In this document: positions 10,586-20,389 of the stretch, piece by piece
Position numbering within the stretch: position 1 is the stretch's first letter
Layout: every line of letters begins with the position of its first letter
Source of the DNA: a virus
Virus genome (UHGV): UHGV-1480788
Strand: one strand, 5' to 3'
DNA length: 29,922 nucleotides
The notes under the pieces: generated by a model
Database searches by the model: none
Told to the model about the DNA's origin: nothing
What the model saw: the letters and a program-made list of their open reading frames with translations, nothing else
Program-made: the position numbers and the translations under genes

Positions 10586-10745
10586 TGTCAGCCGCCTTAC
10601 GACCTCGCTTACTGGTCGGTTTCAATTCATCAACTGAGGCAACAAAGCCCAACCTTTCGAAAAACTGGAAGTCTTTTTCTGCGATAACGGCCTGTACATG
10701 CCCGGATTCGTTATCTGCGGCAAGGAATACACTCATCCGATCCAT
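10560..10745 (-). CDS. Small hypothetical protein (61 aa) between coat and gp4-like genes
   Basis: ATG preceded by AAGGA; overlaps the gp4-like start by 26 nt; P22-like phages carry a small ORF here. Confidence 0.45.
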   Translation of the reverse strand: MDRMSVFLAADNESGHVQAVIAEKDFQFFERLGFVASVDELKPTSKRGRKAADNGNSTDKG

Positions 10746-10761
10746 ATTGTTTCCTTAAAAC

Positions 10762-10785
10762 ATAAAAGGGGCGTAAGCCCCTTGT
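10762..10785 (-). terminator. Partial terminator hairpin after coat gene (stem AAGGGGC/GCCCCTT, GTAA-type loop, U-rich tail)
   Basis: 7-bp stem read in sequence; on the minus strand it is followed by TTATGTTTT; lies between coat stop and the next gene. Confidence 0.45.
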
Positions 10786-10787
10786 TA

Positions 10788-12059
10788 TTACGGATTACCG
10801 AAGAACTGACCGCCCATGTGAGGGTTAAAGCACACATATGCAGGCAGTAAGTCGAAGCGCATTTTTTGCACGTTGGCATCGCCATCTGCGTATTTATGTA
10901 CGCGGATGGAGAAACCTTCATATGTTGCAACAGCAGAATCAATACTGTGCAGTTTCGGCAGTGGGATAGAGCCAAGTCCACAGAAGAACTTGTTATAGAA
11001 CAGGTTTGGCTTCATTGTCTGGCTAGCAGTGCCTACTACAGATACGGCATCGCCTGCCTCTACCTGACGACTTACAGAGTTGTACTGCGGGTTTGTAGTG
11101 TCATAAATCGGAACACCAGAAAGCGTAACCGTCACATCGCCACTGCTGTCTGAATTAGCATCAGCAGTAACCGTTGCAGTGAAGCTAATTGGTGTGGCTC
11201 CGTTATACAACGCCTGTTTGGTCTGCTGTTGCAGCCAGTAGGTATTGGTGAATTTGACCTGATCACCAGCTTTCAGAAAACCTGTAACGCTGGCTGTCGC
11301 TCCGGTCAATGTTACAGTGAACTGGTATGAGTCTTTAACTGCGTTATAGGTAACAGTTGGCTGTGTTTTGACTGTCAGTGTTCCGCCAAATGCCCCCTGC
11401 GTACGAGAGGCAAGCCCATTAGACATCAGTGCGCGAATGCCGCCAAAATTGGTTGGGATCTGTGCGTTCTCCCATGCAGTACGAACCAATTGATCTGAAG
11501 CATGCAAACCAGTCTGCGCATCAGCAAGTCGCTGTGCAGACCATGGATCCATTACAGCATAGTTTTCACCTTCATTAACGCCGAGGTCTTTCAGGAAAGA
11601 TGCCGTCTGCGCAACATCAGACCATTTGGTGATTGGAGTATTGGGGCTACCAAGTGACAACGCACCGTTATTCATCATGAAGTGAGCAAGCTCTGTTTCA
11701 AGGTCGGTAACGATTCGCTGGCGAACCGGCGCGAGAATTTCTTCCAGCTGGTTAAGCTTGATCGCTTCCTCCAGTTGCTGATATTCAACAGCAACAGTGA
11801 TGTAGTTACCTACACGCCCCGTAGCTTTACCTGAGATCAGGTTGTTTTTATTTTGCCCTGAAATATCACCAGTGGGAGTACGGAGGGATGAGAATTGATG
11901 CGGACGTTTAAAGCTAACGCTATCGCCAGTGCTGGAGTTGATTTCACCTGCCAGCAACTGACGGTCTACGGTTTTCGCCAGAACTAAATCTGACATAAAA
12001 CCCGGAAGGAATTTTTTCAGAACGATTTGACTGACGTTACTGTCGAGATTGTTAGGCAT
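10788..12059 (-). CDS. Major capsid (coat) protein, Sf6/P22 type
   Basis: 423 aa (the Sf6 coat length as I recall it); follows the scaffold gene; ATG start. Confidence 0.9.
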   Translation of the reverse strand: MPNNLDSNVSQIVLKKFLPGFMSDLVLAKTVDRQLLAGEINSSTGDSVSFKRPHQFSSLRTPTGDISGQNKNNLISGKATGRVGNYITVAVEYQQLEEAIKLNQLEEILAPVRQRIVTDLETELAHFMMNNGALSLGSPNTPITKWSDVAQTASFLKDLGVNEGENYAVMDPWSAQRLADAQTGLHASDQLVRTAWENAQIPTNFGGIRALMSNGLASRTQGAFGGTLTVKTQPTVTYNAVKDSYQFTVTLTGATASVTGFLKAGDQVKFTNTYWLQQQTKQALYNGATPISFTATVTADANSDSSGDVTVTLSGVPIYDTTNPQYNSVSRQVEAGDAVSVVGTASQTMKPNLFYNKFFCGLGSIPLPKLHSIDSAVATYEGFSIRVHKYADGDANVQKMRFDLLPAYVCFNPHMGGQFFGNP

Positions 12060-12070
12060 TTATCTTTTCC

Positions 12071-12955
12071 TTATTCGATTTTTGCGCCGGGGCATAATTT
12101 GTTGAATTCGTCTTGTTTCGCATCAGCACCGCCACCACGTACTTCCGGCTCTGGCTTGATGGCTTTCTTTGGTTTTGGAGCAAGGCTTACCTGTTTGCTA
12201 ATCTGCCCCAAGAGGAATGCTGCGCGAATTGGATCTGTCTCAGCGGCTACACGCTGGCGTAATTGCTGGCTCTTACCTAAGCCATAGGCGAGTAGTTCAG
12301 AGCCTTCGTCTGCACAGTGAATGATGATTTCCTGCTGAATTGGTGGTAGCTCACTAAGAACAATGGCTTCCATTTCCTGATAATCTTTCACAGGAAGTTT
12401 GGCTGCCCGTTGTTTATGCGCTTCTACCCTTTGCTGGAAACGCTGCTGGTATTCCTGTTGCTGACGTAGTTTTTGTTGCTGCTGCTGTTCGACACGGCCT
12501 TTTTTCTCATGCCAATCAGTCAATGCCTGTTCAAACGCCTGTTCGTCATAATCACACGACTCAAGAGTCGGTTTTGGTGGAATAGCGTCTGGTTGTGGTT
12601 GCTGATGTTCCGCTGGCTTGGCTAATGCTTCCTCAAGCTGGCGGCGCAACTCACGGTTTTCTTTCTGTGTTTCTTTGAAGCCTTTGCGAAGATCTTTCAC
12701 CCATTGCGGTGCAGGTTGCCCGTCAATGTGATCATCATCGTCAGCGTTAAGCTGAATTTCTTCATCACCAATACGCAAGGCGTAATCTTCTGGTGTCTCT
12801 TCGGTTTTTTCAGGCTCAGTTGCCACCTCTTTACCGTTGTCATCCTGGCTTTCATTCTCAGGCTGTGACTCTGTTTGGATGATGGTTTCTTCTGCATTTT
12901 CCTGTGTTTCAGACAGGTCAATAACCTGACCGTCGATGATCAGTTCGTTTTCCAT
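12071..12955 (-). CDS. Scaffolding protein
   Basis: 294 aa, highly acidic N-terminus, Gln/Glu-rich coiled-coil-like middle, basic C-terminus; between portal and coat. Confidence 0.75.
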   Translation of the reverse strand: MENELIIDGQVIDLSETQENAEETIIQTESQPENESQDDNGKEVATEPEKTEETPEDYALRIGDEEIQLNADDDDHIDGQPAPQWVKDLRKGFKETQKENRELRRQLEEALAKPAEHQQPQPDAIPPKPTLESCDYDEQAFEQALTDWHEKKGRVEQQQQQKLRQQQEYQQRFQQRVEAHKQRAAKLPVKDYQEMEAIVLSELPPIQQEIIIHCADEGSELLAYGLGKSQQLRQRVAAETDPIRAAFLLGQISKQVSLAPKPKKAIKPEPEVRGGGADAKQDEFNKLCPGAKIE

Positions 12956-12968
12956 TGATTACTCCTGG

Positions 12969-15095
12969 TTAACTCGGCATTAAGTCTGCCGGTGACTGTG
13001 GTGGTGACTGGAATTGCTGTTGTTGTGACTCGGCGACATCTTTCAGAAGGCGTATTGCCTCCATCACTGCTTTGTCATCGATGTTTCTGGCTTGAGCCAG
13101 TTTATAGACAGTGTTTGCCTGACTCTCCATCGCATCCTGCTGGGCAGTAAATGCTTTGATTTGAGTTTGAGCAGTTTCGTTAGTTGCTTTTTGCGCTTCT
13201 GCCTGCGCTGCTACCATTTGCGCCTGAGCGAGAACCATTTCAGGATTTGGCTGGCTTTGTGCTGCCATTTGCGCCTGTTGAACAATCTGCTTCTCTTTCT
13301 CATTGCGTGGTTTTGCAATACCAGATATCAGCAGTTGGTTTCGGTTGTACTCTTTGAAGTCATCAAGGCCTTCGCCATCGATATTGTCCAGAATAATACC
13401 CTGAATTGCCGGGCGCATTGGGTCTGTTGGAAGCATAGAGCTAAGGACATTTGTCAGTACAGAAACCGTTGCATCACGTCGTGCTGTGTAGCTTGGTCCA
13501 ACATCAACCGTCACATCGTATCGACCGACAGAAAGGTCATTTAACGCAACAACAGCCCCTGTTTGCCTGTCAACAACCTGTGCGCTCAGGACAGCGATAT
13601 CATCACTTCCATCTTCGTTAACGATGCGCACTTCACGCTCTGAACCGTACACTTCACGCGCCATTGACAGCCATACTTCACCAGCGCGTTTAAGACTTTT
13701 CGCCATATTGTCCAGATAGATAAACGAAGCCATATCTGCTCTGTTCATCAAGTTGTTAACCGTTTCCTGAGCAATATTACTTGGCATCTGCTGCATGGCC
13801 TGACTGCCGCCTGTAACCTCCTGAATATCAGCACTGGTTTGCTGTAGTAATGCAGCCAATGCCTGATTCATAACCGCAGGCTGTGTATATCCTGCCGGGG
13901 TAGCTCCAGCGATAATGTTGCCAGATTTATCTCTCACTTCGCGCAACGGCAAGAACGCTGGGCGTTTCTTGTTACGAGCCTCCCAGTGCTTCTCAAGTCC
14001 ACGAATTTGCTCCATGCCAACTATAGGGATCTGACCGGGGTCTTGCGCTGCAGTATCAGCCAGCATTGATACCTGAAGGTTATACAAACGCTGTGGATCC
14101 ATTGCTTTTGCAATATGTCCTTCGACACGCTCAATGTCATCAATGAACCAGCGTTTTCCATAAACCGGGATGAGGGGGATATGCTCACCAGGAATACGTC
14201 GAGGTTTCTCAAGGAAACCATCACCATCCACTACGGATACATACACACGACGGCGCTTCACTGAGCGCCTTGCCACTTCCTGAAATCCAGTTATTTCCAG
14301 TTCATCTTCAATATCTTCAACCTGATCACTGTCGTATGTTGCAATCTCTCCAGTGATTGGATGTCGATAACTGATGACGTCAACAGACTCTTTACGAACT
14401 TCGTAATACTTCGCTATGTAAATAACATCTGCATCAAACCAGTCATATTCCCAACTAGTCATAGACGTTACATCCAGAGAAGCAGGAGGTTTCTTTCCGT
14501 ATTCAGCCTCATATTTTTCAGGTGACAACGAATACATGCAGAACGCCCACAACGCGTCAGATTTGTCGTACTTCTTAGCGTCAGGGTCAAACCACACAGA
14601 GCGCGACGGGTCGTATATTGGTTCAATAGCAATACGCTGACGATCGTCCATGGGGTCGTATTCATTGACCAGCATCGACGTCAAACGGAAGCAACCGAAA
14701 CCACCAGTAGCAGCGTCGTCAAATGCATTATCGCAAGCCTCACCGCCATCAGTTTCTTCGTAGTCAGCACGGAACAGACCATTTAATTTATTGGCTAACT
14801 CTTCGCTTGCCTCTCTGTCACCAGGACGAAACTTAACAGTGATTCTGTTATTGCGGTATTCTGCAATGATGCGGTTAAGTTCAGTTGCTACCTTATTGAT
14901 TTCAAACTTAGGATACTTCTCGAACTGCTCATCAAGCTTAGTTCCAGCCGCCGTTGCTCCTTCCCATTGACCTCCGGGGACACGAGCAAACCTAGTAGCT
15001 TCAATGCACTTTTCGCGCACTTCCTGCTGTGGAGAATAGGCGCGGTCAAACCTGAGCATGATCCGCTCATGTTTTTTCTCTAATGTCTCTGCCAT
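12969..15095 (-). CDS. Portal protein
   Basis: About 708 aa; directly after large terminase; track start 15104 is TTG, ATG at 15095 used. Confidence 0.9.
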   Translation of the reverse strand: MAETLEKKHERIMLRFDRAYSPQQEVREKCIEATRFARVPGGQWEGATAAGTKLDEQFEKYPKFEINKVATELNRIIAEYRNNRITVKFRPGDREASEELANKLNGLFRADYEETDGGEACDNAFDDAATGGFGCFRLTSMLVNEYDPMDDRQRIAIEPIYDPSRSVWFDPDAKKYDKSDALWAFCMYSLSPEKYEAEYGKKPPASLDVTSMTSWEYDWFDADVIYIAKYYEVRKESVDVISYRHPITGEIATYDSDQVEDIEDELEITGFQEVARRSVKRRRVYVSVVDGDGFLEKPRRIPGEHIPLIPVYGKRWFIDDIERVEGHIAKAMDPQRLYNLQVSMLADTAAQDPGQIPIVGMEQIRGLEKHWEARNKKRPAFLPLREVRDKSGNIIAGATPAGYTQPAVMNQALAALLQQTSADIQEVTGGSQAMQQMPSNIAQETVNNLMNRADMASFIYLDNMAKSLKRAGEVWLSMAREVYGSEREVRIVNEDGSDDIAVLSAQVVDRQTGAVVALNDLSVGRYDVTVDVGPSYTARRDATVSVLTNVLSSMLPTDPMRPAIQGIILDNIDGEGLDDFKEYNRNQLLISGIAKPRNEKEKQIVQQAQMAAQSQPNPEMVLAQAQMVAAQAEAQKATNETAQTQIKAFTAQQDAMESQANTVYKLAQARNIDDKAVMEAIRLLKDVAESQQQQFQSPPQSPADLMPS

Positions 15096-15097
15096 GT

Positions 15098-16510
15098 TTA
15101 CCAACCGGAGGATGAGGGAACGTATATTTCAGTTTCTTCGCGGACCAATGCCGGGCAATGCATACACATCATCAGCGCATCAGCCAGGTTAGGAGATGGA
15201 ATACCGAGCTTCTGCTTCATTTCGACCTTAGTCATAAGCTCCAGCTTCCCGTTGTTATTGAATTTGCGCTGAATCTGCGTCAGTTCTGCAAACAGCTTCT
15301 CCAGCATCTTCTCGCCTATCGCTTCTTTATCGAAGCTCAGCATGTCGTCGGGGTCTGCATACTCACCGTGGACAACCGCCCGATATGTCAGATACAGCCT
15401 GTCAGCCAGCGCGTAATAGAATTGTGCTCGCTTATTGCGGAACACATCGCCAATAGTGCGAACGTTGTCGCCCTGTACGACTTCATCAGCCCATGCTCCG
15501 GCCTGATACGGAGCATCTTCATCGAATGGCGATTCGCTGCCCTTGAACATCGTGGCGGTGATTTTCTTGCCGGAGAACGCTTCAGTTGTCTGTCTGCGTA
15601 GCCCGGCACCAACACCATCACCATCCCACAGGTAATGGTCAGCGCCGTCTTCAATCGCCAGCGAAGTAGCCCAGTCAGCACCCTCGTTGATGTCCATCAG
15701 CAGGCCTTCGGCAATGCGCTTAACAACCGAACCGTGACGCGATGCATAACCTTTAGCATCTGGCCCTGTATCTGATGGGTCATGCGCAGAGACAACAGCG
15801 CCTTTCGCTTTCCATCCGAGTTTCTTGTGCGCATCGGTTGCGGCTTCAAGCCATTCACGTTTGATGATTGCCATATCACTTGCGCTTACTGGCTCACCAA
15901 GCCAGATGTGACGATACAGTGTCGGGTTTCTGCGTTTACACTCTTCCATCTCCAGACGGAGAACTTCAGGAAAATGCGGGTTGTCGGTGTAGTTCACCGT
16001 CAGCAGGCAAATATCATCGGGAGGATTTACGACGAATCGCTGATAGGTATCGTCGAGGATGTTCTTAGGGTTAAAGCTCACCCATATTTCGGAAAACGGC
16101 TTGCGGATGGTTGGTATCAGGATATCCCATGATTCCTTCGTTACCGCCTCCGCTTCTTCCACCCAGCAGATATCAATACCTTCTAGCGATTTAATCTTCG
16201 TCGGGTTGTTTTTGATGCCGTAGAACATGAACTCAGCATTCGTTCCGAGATGACGAATCATGGAACGCTGAATTTCAAACTCAGCCGAATACCCTTCACG
16301 CTCGATGGTATCTTCAAGCAACCGGATTACCGAATCGCTGATACTGTTTTGCAGTTCACGAGCGCAAAGAATACGCACAGGCTGCCGACGTGCCGCCTCA
16401 ACAAGCAGCCTCGCAATTGCCCATGATTTACCGCTACCTCGACCGCCTTTGGCGACTTTGTAGCGATGCGCCTCAATGAACGGTTCAAAGATAGGATTAA
16501 TCGAGGTCAT
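15098..16510 (-). CDS. Terminase large subunit
   Basis: 470 aa; Walker A KGGRGSGKS near N-terminus; acidic nuclease-type C-terminal half; synteny. Confidence 0.9.
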   Translation of the reverse strand: MTSINPIFEPFIEAHRYKVAKGGRGSGKSWAIARLLVEAARRQPVRILCARELQNSISDSVIRLLEDTIEREGYSAEFEIQRSMIRHLGTNAEFMFYGIKNNPTKIKSLEGIDICWVEEAEAVTKESWDILIPTIRKPFSEIWVSFNPKNILDDTYQRFVVNPPDDICLLTVNYTDNPHFPEVLRLEMEECKRRNPTLYRHIWLGEPVSASDMAIIKREWLEAATDAHKKLGWKAKGAVVSAHDPSDTGPDAKGYASRHGSVVKRIAEGLLMDINEGADWATSLAIEDGADHYLWDGDGVGAGLRRQTTEAFSGKKITATMFKGSESPFDEDAPYQAGAWADEVVQGDNVRTIGDVFRNKRAQFYYALADRLYLTYRAVVHGEYADPDDMLSFDKEAIGEKMLEKLFAELTQIQRKFNNNGKLELMTKVEMKQKLGIPSPNLADALMMCMHCPALVREETEIYVPSSSGW

Positions 16511-17034
16511 TTTCCGAATAGAGTGCTCATCGGTGATGTTTCAATCTGGATTGCGCCGCCGTCTTTGCCGGTTAGCTCGTGAGAAGCTTGTTCTTTAAAC
16601 GCCTGAACGGAAACATGCTTACCAAGAAGTTCGAGATTTTTGACCTTATCAGGCCATTTGATTTTCTTCAGAAGTGCGGTGCTATCTGCAGATACCATCT
16701 CCACGACATCCATTCCTGATAGCGTTGTGCGCCATACCTTAGGCCAGTCTTTAATTGGTTTTAGCTCACCGTTTTGCAGGAGAATGTCGAGCACATCCAT
16801 CTGATCGATTTCAATAAGGCGATTAAGCACATATTCTGCATTAATACCAACAAGATCATTGCGTTGCGCTTTCAGTTCGGCGATTCTGAATTGGATGTCA
16901 GGTTTTGACATGTTTTCGGATGCGGTACGGTTAGCTGTCTTTGCGCTGTACCCCGCCCGAATAGCCGCTTGCGTGGCATTTAAATCGATGAGGTACTCGC
17001 GACAGAACATTTCTTGTTTGTCGGTGAGTGCCAT
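16507..17034 (-). CDS. Terminase small subunit (HTH type)
   Basis: 175 aa; N-terminus MALTDKQEMFCREYLIDLNATQAAIRAGYS is the classic small-terminase HTH motif; overlaps the TerL start. Confidence 0.8.
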   Translation of the reverse strand: MALTDKQEMFCREYLIDLNATQAAIRAGYSAKTANRTASENMSKPDIQFRIAELKAQRNDLVGINAEYVLNRLIEIDQMDVLDILLQNGELKPIKDWPKVWRTTLSGMDVVEMVSADSTALLKKIKWPDKVKNLELLGKHVSVQAFKEQASHELTGKDGGAIQIETSPMSTLFGK

Positions 17035-17060
17035 TTTTTACTTCCCATAAGGAGATTGTT

Positions 17061-17243
17061 ATGAACGATGACTTTAAAACAGGTGACATTGTTAAACTGA
17101 AATCAGGCGGACCTGACATGACTATCAGGTCATTTTCATCTACCCACGGTAACTCTTTTCTTTGTCAATGGTTTGCTGGCAAGAAGCTTGAGCAAGGATA
17201 TTTCAAACCGGAATCTCTTGAGCGCGTTACCCCAAAGCCATAG
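17061..17243 (+). CDS. Small protein of the DUF2158/YodC-like type (60 aa)
   Basis: Strong RBS AAGGAG at 17049-17054; motif GDIVKLKSGGPDMTI resembles YodC-family small proteins (from memory, unverified); antisense to the late operon. Confidence 0.6.
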   Translation: MNDDFKTGDIVKLKSGGPDMTIRSFSSTHGNSFLCQWFAGKKLEQGYFKPESLERVTPKP

Positions 17244-17287
17244 TCCCAAACACACCAACCTTAACTCTTGATGATATTTCATCATGG

Positions 17288-17527
17288 ATGATGTCCGTTT
17301 TATCAACAGATGGTTGCCTTTATCAGCAGGATGTTGTGGATTATCTCGTTAAACAACATAACGAGCAGCACCTCAAAGAAAATGCGGATGGCAACCAAGC
17401 GCTATCAACAAAAGTGATTAATAAATTCAGGGTTGATAGCGGTGAAAGTGTTGTTTGGGTTAAGCCAGATAAGTACTGGCGTTTCCGTGTGCCTGAAGAC
17501 GAAAACGGTCGTGAAGCTCGCGGTTAA
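17288..17527 (+). CDS. Hypothetical protein (79 aa)
   Basis: ORF only; no clear SD; same strand as and 44 bp downstream of the DUF2158-like gene; no homolog recognised. Confidence 0.4.
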   Translation: MMSVLSTDGCLYQQDVVDYLVKQHNEQHLKENADGNQALSTKVINKFRVDSGESVVWVKPDKYWRFRVPEDENGREARG

Positions 17528-17540
17528 ACTAATCAACGAT

Positions 17541-17566
17541 AAAAGGCAGCATGTTGAGTGCTGCCA
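17541..17566. terminator. Hairpin between convergent genes (stem GGCAGC/GCTGCC, 9-nt loop)
   Basis: 6-bp stem; U-tract follows on the minus strand (TTTTATCGTT), weaker on plus. Confidence 0.35.
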
Positions 17567-17602
17567 TATTCATCTCACTTATTTGTTATTTCAGGTTGAG
17601 CA

Positions 17603-17845
17603 TCATGCTCCGGTAGTGAACAGGTCTAACGCTTCCTTCGATTTACGCACCGCTTCGATAGTGCGGGTCGTGATATCTGAATTAGCGCCGCCTGACTGGA
17701 AGTGAATTTTGAATAGCTCAAGCTTCAGCTCGTCAGTGCCAATGAATTGAAATGCTTCTTCTGCGGCTGCGTTCTGGTTCATGACCAGTTTGTAAATCTC
17801 TAACTGGAATTTCTGTTCTTCAGTCATGGGAATAATCTCTGCCAT
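17603..17845 (-). CDS. Hypothetical protein (80 aa)
   Basis: Start moved to second ATG (17845), which has GGAG 8 nt upstream; no homolog recognised. Confidence 0.5.
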   Translation of the reverse strand: MAEIIPMTEEQKFQLEIYKLVMNQNAAAEEAFQFIGTDELKLELFKIHFQSGGANSDITTRTIEAVRKSKEALDLFTTGA

Positions 17846-17948
17846 TGTTGGCTCCATTTATCCGTTAAAAGGGATATCAGTTAAGTTATCCCGTGTAGGG
17901 TATAAGCCATTATCAAAGCCACTCTGTAGGGAGTGGCTTTTGTAATAA

Positions 17949-18329
17949 CTACTGTTCGCTTAGCTTCTGCTTCAGCAAGTAACCTTCGAGCATCCAGATT
18001 TTGTTTACAGCATTTTGCCGGGCAATCTTCCGACCAATTTCTGCATCAAAGTTTTCCGGGCTTGCACAGGCACTCTCTCCGGTGACGGTGAAGCCATTCT
18101 TCAGCACCAGTACGCAGAAAGTGAGCAACTTCAATGGTGATAAATCACGATCGCCTTCTTCTGGTTTTTCCCTGCCACAATATTCGTTGCTGGAAATGGC
18201 ACCATTACGTCCATCATAAGCAGTAAAGTAATGCTCGCTTTTAATCACGTCTTCGATGTGCTGCGGAGTGATTCTCGGAGCGGTTTTGCCTTTCTCAACG
18301 ATTTCTTTTTCGATTTGCTGGTCGTTCAT
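17949..18329 (-). CDS. Phage protein, possibly N4 gp49 / Sf6 gp66 family
   Basis: 126 aa; position between lysis genes and terS matches Sf6 gene 66; family call from memory of motif style, unverified. Confidence 0.5.
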   Translation of the reverse strand: MNDQQIEKEIVEKGKTAPRITPQHIEDVIKSEHYFTAYDGRNGAISSNEYCGREKPEEGDRDLSPLKLLTFCVLVLKNGFTVTGESACASPENFDAEIGRKIARQNAVNKIWMLEGYLLKQKLSEQ

Positions 18330-18708
18330 AATTATGACCCTGTGGAGTGGTTGCTTGATTAGGATGTCTTTCCATCAGTCCGCCACCACAAAGAATCTTT
18401 TTTTGCCATAAGGCAGGAGGTTCATCTTTCAGTGGCTGCCAGTGTTATTTCCCCACTTACTGGCTTGGGTTGTTTCGCTGTACTGCCGTAACTGGTTACC
18501 CAGAATAGATTCCGGTTTCATTATCAAGCCCACCAGTAGATAGGCTTTGTAATGAACTGGCTCTTATCTCAACGCAGCCCCTTACCGCGCGCCAGATGCT
18601 CAATATCAAGCATCAGCAATGAGATGTTTAATCTGGATTCACCCCAGAAGTGATCACCACCCTGTCTACAGAGCCAGATGTGAAGGATGATGAGTAAAAT
18701 TATCGCTA

Positions 18709-19176
18709 TCATCGAAGGCATTGCGTCCTGATGTATTCCTGAAGCGTTCTCAGTGCTGTTTGGTCGCGGATAATTCCGTCCCGGACACCGAGAACGTTTC
18801 GTCCAGCAACTGGAGAGAGTTCGACGGTGGCATCATTGCCCATGCCGGAGGCGCTGGAGGTTTCGGCTGAGGATGGCACAGGGCATTTTCCTTTGACGAG
18901 CACCCTGCCACCATTATCAAGCTTGCGCCGAAGAGCATCATTTTTAGCTTTCGCATCAGCTAACTCCTTCGTGTATTTAGCATCGAGTGCATCAGCAGAA
19001 CGCTGGCGCTGCTGCATGTCAGTAATGGTGGCGGTCGCCTGCTTCAGCTCACTGACTTTTTTATCGCGCTGTTCTTTGTAGGCGATTGCATTATCACGGT
19101 AATGATTAACAGCCCATGACAGGCAAACGATGATGCAGATAACCAGAGCGGAGATAATCGCGGTTACTCTGCTCAT
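18709..19176 (-). CDS. Rz: Inner-membrane spanin Rz
   Basis: N-terminus [30 protein letters not shown].. matches lambda Rz from memory; overlaps R stop. Confidence 0.9.
   Translation of the reverse strand: MSRVTAIISALVICIIVCLSWAVNHYRDNAIAYKEQRDKKVSELKQATATITDMQQRQRSADALDAKYTKELADAKAKNDALRRKLDNGGRVLVKGKCPVPSSAETSSASGMGNDATVELSPVAGRNVLGVRDGIIRDQTALRTLQEYIRTQCLR
18750..18956 (-). CDS. Rz1: Outer-membrane lipoprotein spanin Rz1 (embedded in Rz, +1 frame)
   Basis: [19 protein letters not shown] lipobox and Pro-rich [11 protein letters not shown], as in lambda Rz1. Confidence 0.85.
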   Translation of the reverse strand: MRKLKMMLFGASLIMVAGCSSKENALCHPQPKPPAPPAWAMMPPSNSLQLLDETFSVSGTELSATKQH

Positions 19177-19649
19177 ACCTCAATCTCTCTGACCGTTCCG
19201 CCTGCTTCTTTGAATTTTGCAATCAGGCTGTCAGCCTTATGCTCGAACTGACCATAACCAGCGCCCGGCAGTGAAGCCCAGATATTGCTGCAACGGTCGA
19301 TTGCCTGACGGATATCACCGCGATCAATCATCGGCAAAGCGCCACGCTCCTTAATCTGCTGCAATGCCACAGCGTCCTGGCTTTTGGGAGAGAAGTCTTT
19401 CAGGCCAAGTTGCTTGCGGTAGGCATCCCACCAACGTGAAAGAAGCTGGTAACGTCCGGCTGCTGTTGATTTGAGTTTGGGGTTTAGCGTGACAAGTTTG
19501 CGAGGGTGATCGGAGTAATCAGTAAATAGCTCTCCGCCAACAATGACGTCATAACCATGATTTCTGGTTTTCTGACGTCCGTTATCTGTCCCCTCTGACC
19601 ACGCCAGCATATCGAGGAACGCCTTACGTTGATTATTGATTTCCACCAT
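19173..19649 (-). CDS. R: Endolysin R (lytic transglycosylase)
   Basis: 158 aa; matches lambda R as I recall it over almost the full length ([39 protein letters not shown]...). Confidence 0.95.
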   Translation of the reverse strand: MVEINNQRKAFLDMLAWSEGTDNGRQKTRNHGYDVIVGGELFTDYSDHPRKLVTLNPKLKSTAAGRYQLLSRWWDAYRKQLGLKDFSPKSQDAVALQQIKERGALPMIDRGDIRQAIDRCSNIWASLPGAGYGQFEHKADSLIAKFKEAGGTVREIEV

Positions 19650-19956
19650 CTTCTACTCCGGCTTTTTTAGCAGCGAAGCGTTTGATAAGCGAACCAATCG
19701 AGTCAGTACCGATGTAGCCGATGAACACGCTCGTTATATAAGCGAGATTGCTACTTAGTCCGGCGAAGTCGAGAAGGTCACGAATGAACCAGGCGATAAT
19801 GGCGCACATCGTTGCGTCGATTACTGTTTTTGTAAACGCACCGCCATTATATCTGCCGCGAAGGTACGCCATTGCAAACGCAAGGATTGCCCCGATGCCT
19901 TGTTCCTTTGCCGCGAGAATGGCGGCTAACAGGTCATGTTTTTCTGGCATCTTCAT
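19633..19956 (-). CDS. S: Holin/antiholin S (dual-start MKM)
   Basis: 107 aa; matches lambda S107 from memory, including the Met1-Lys2-Met3 dual start. Confidence 0.95.
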   Translation of the reverse strand: MKMPEKHDLLAAILAAKEQGIGAILAFAMAYLRGRYNGGAFTKTVIDATMCAIIAWFIRDLLDFAGLSSNLAYITSVFIGYIGTDSIGSLIKRFAAKKAGVEDGGNQ

Positions 19957-20246
19957 GTCTTACCCCCAATAAGGGGATTTGCTCTATTTAATTAGGAATA
20001 AGGTCGATTACTGATAGAACAAATCCAGGCTACTGTGTTTAGTAATCAGATTTGTTCGTGACCGATATGCACGGGCAAAACGGCAGGAGGTTGTTAGCGC
20101 AGCCTCTTGCCACCCGCTTTCACGAAGCCAGCCATTGCGCTGGTTTTCTTTTATGCAAAGCACACCGCACCGTAGCCACAGCGGATAAGGTGATTATTTT
20201 TGTCTGTCTGGTATTTGGTTTGATGTGCTTTCAGAAAGGCCGTGCT

Positions 20247-20285
20247 TAAAACGCAAAAAGCCCCGAGCTATTAACTCAGGGCTTT
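20247..20285 (-). terminator. tR'-like intrinsic terminator (11-bp stem with one G-U, 7-nt loop, U-tract)
   Basis: Minus-strand RNA AAAGCCCUGAG-UUAAUAG-CUCGGGGCUUU followed by UUGCGUUUU; only about 27-65 nt downstream of the predicted pR' start. Confidence 0.6.
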
Positions 20286-20318
20286 ATTTAACGAGTGCAT
20301 TTATCCATCGTTGGGTCA

Positions 20319-20347
20319 AATTTACCCAACTTTATTCAAAAAGTCAA
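20319..20347 (-). promoter_or_regulatory. Late promoter pR' (-35 TTGACT, 17-bp spacer, -10 TAAATT) with presumed overlapping qut site
   Basis: Minus-strand sequence TTGACTTTTTGAATAAAGTTGGGTAAATT closely resembles my recollection of lambda pR'; lies about 45 bp downstream of Q stop. Confidence 0.6.
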
Positions 20348-20389
20348 TATTATGCCGTTAATATGTTGCCATCCGTGGCAATCATGCTG

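Noticed and set aside
13092-13544. 150-aa plus-strand ORF inside the portal gene (similar antisense ORFs at 15158..15601, 15782..16132, 7886..8233, 21064..21444)
   Set aside because: Each is fully embedded antisense in a well-supported gene, with Cys/Leu/Arg-rich composition typical of antisense reading frames.
18330-18708. Expected lambda bor-like lipoprotein gene downstream of Rz
   Set aside because: No ORF of 60 aa or more on either strand and no lipoprotein signal found in this interval; it appears non-coding or degenerate.
19957-20389. Possible toxin or cargo genes between Q and S (the site of stx in Shiga-toxin phages)
   Set aside because: The interval is only about 430 bp and is filled by pR', the terminator and the S leader; the only ORF (20052..20249, plus strand) is antisense and looks spurious.
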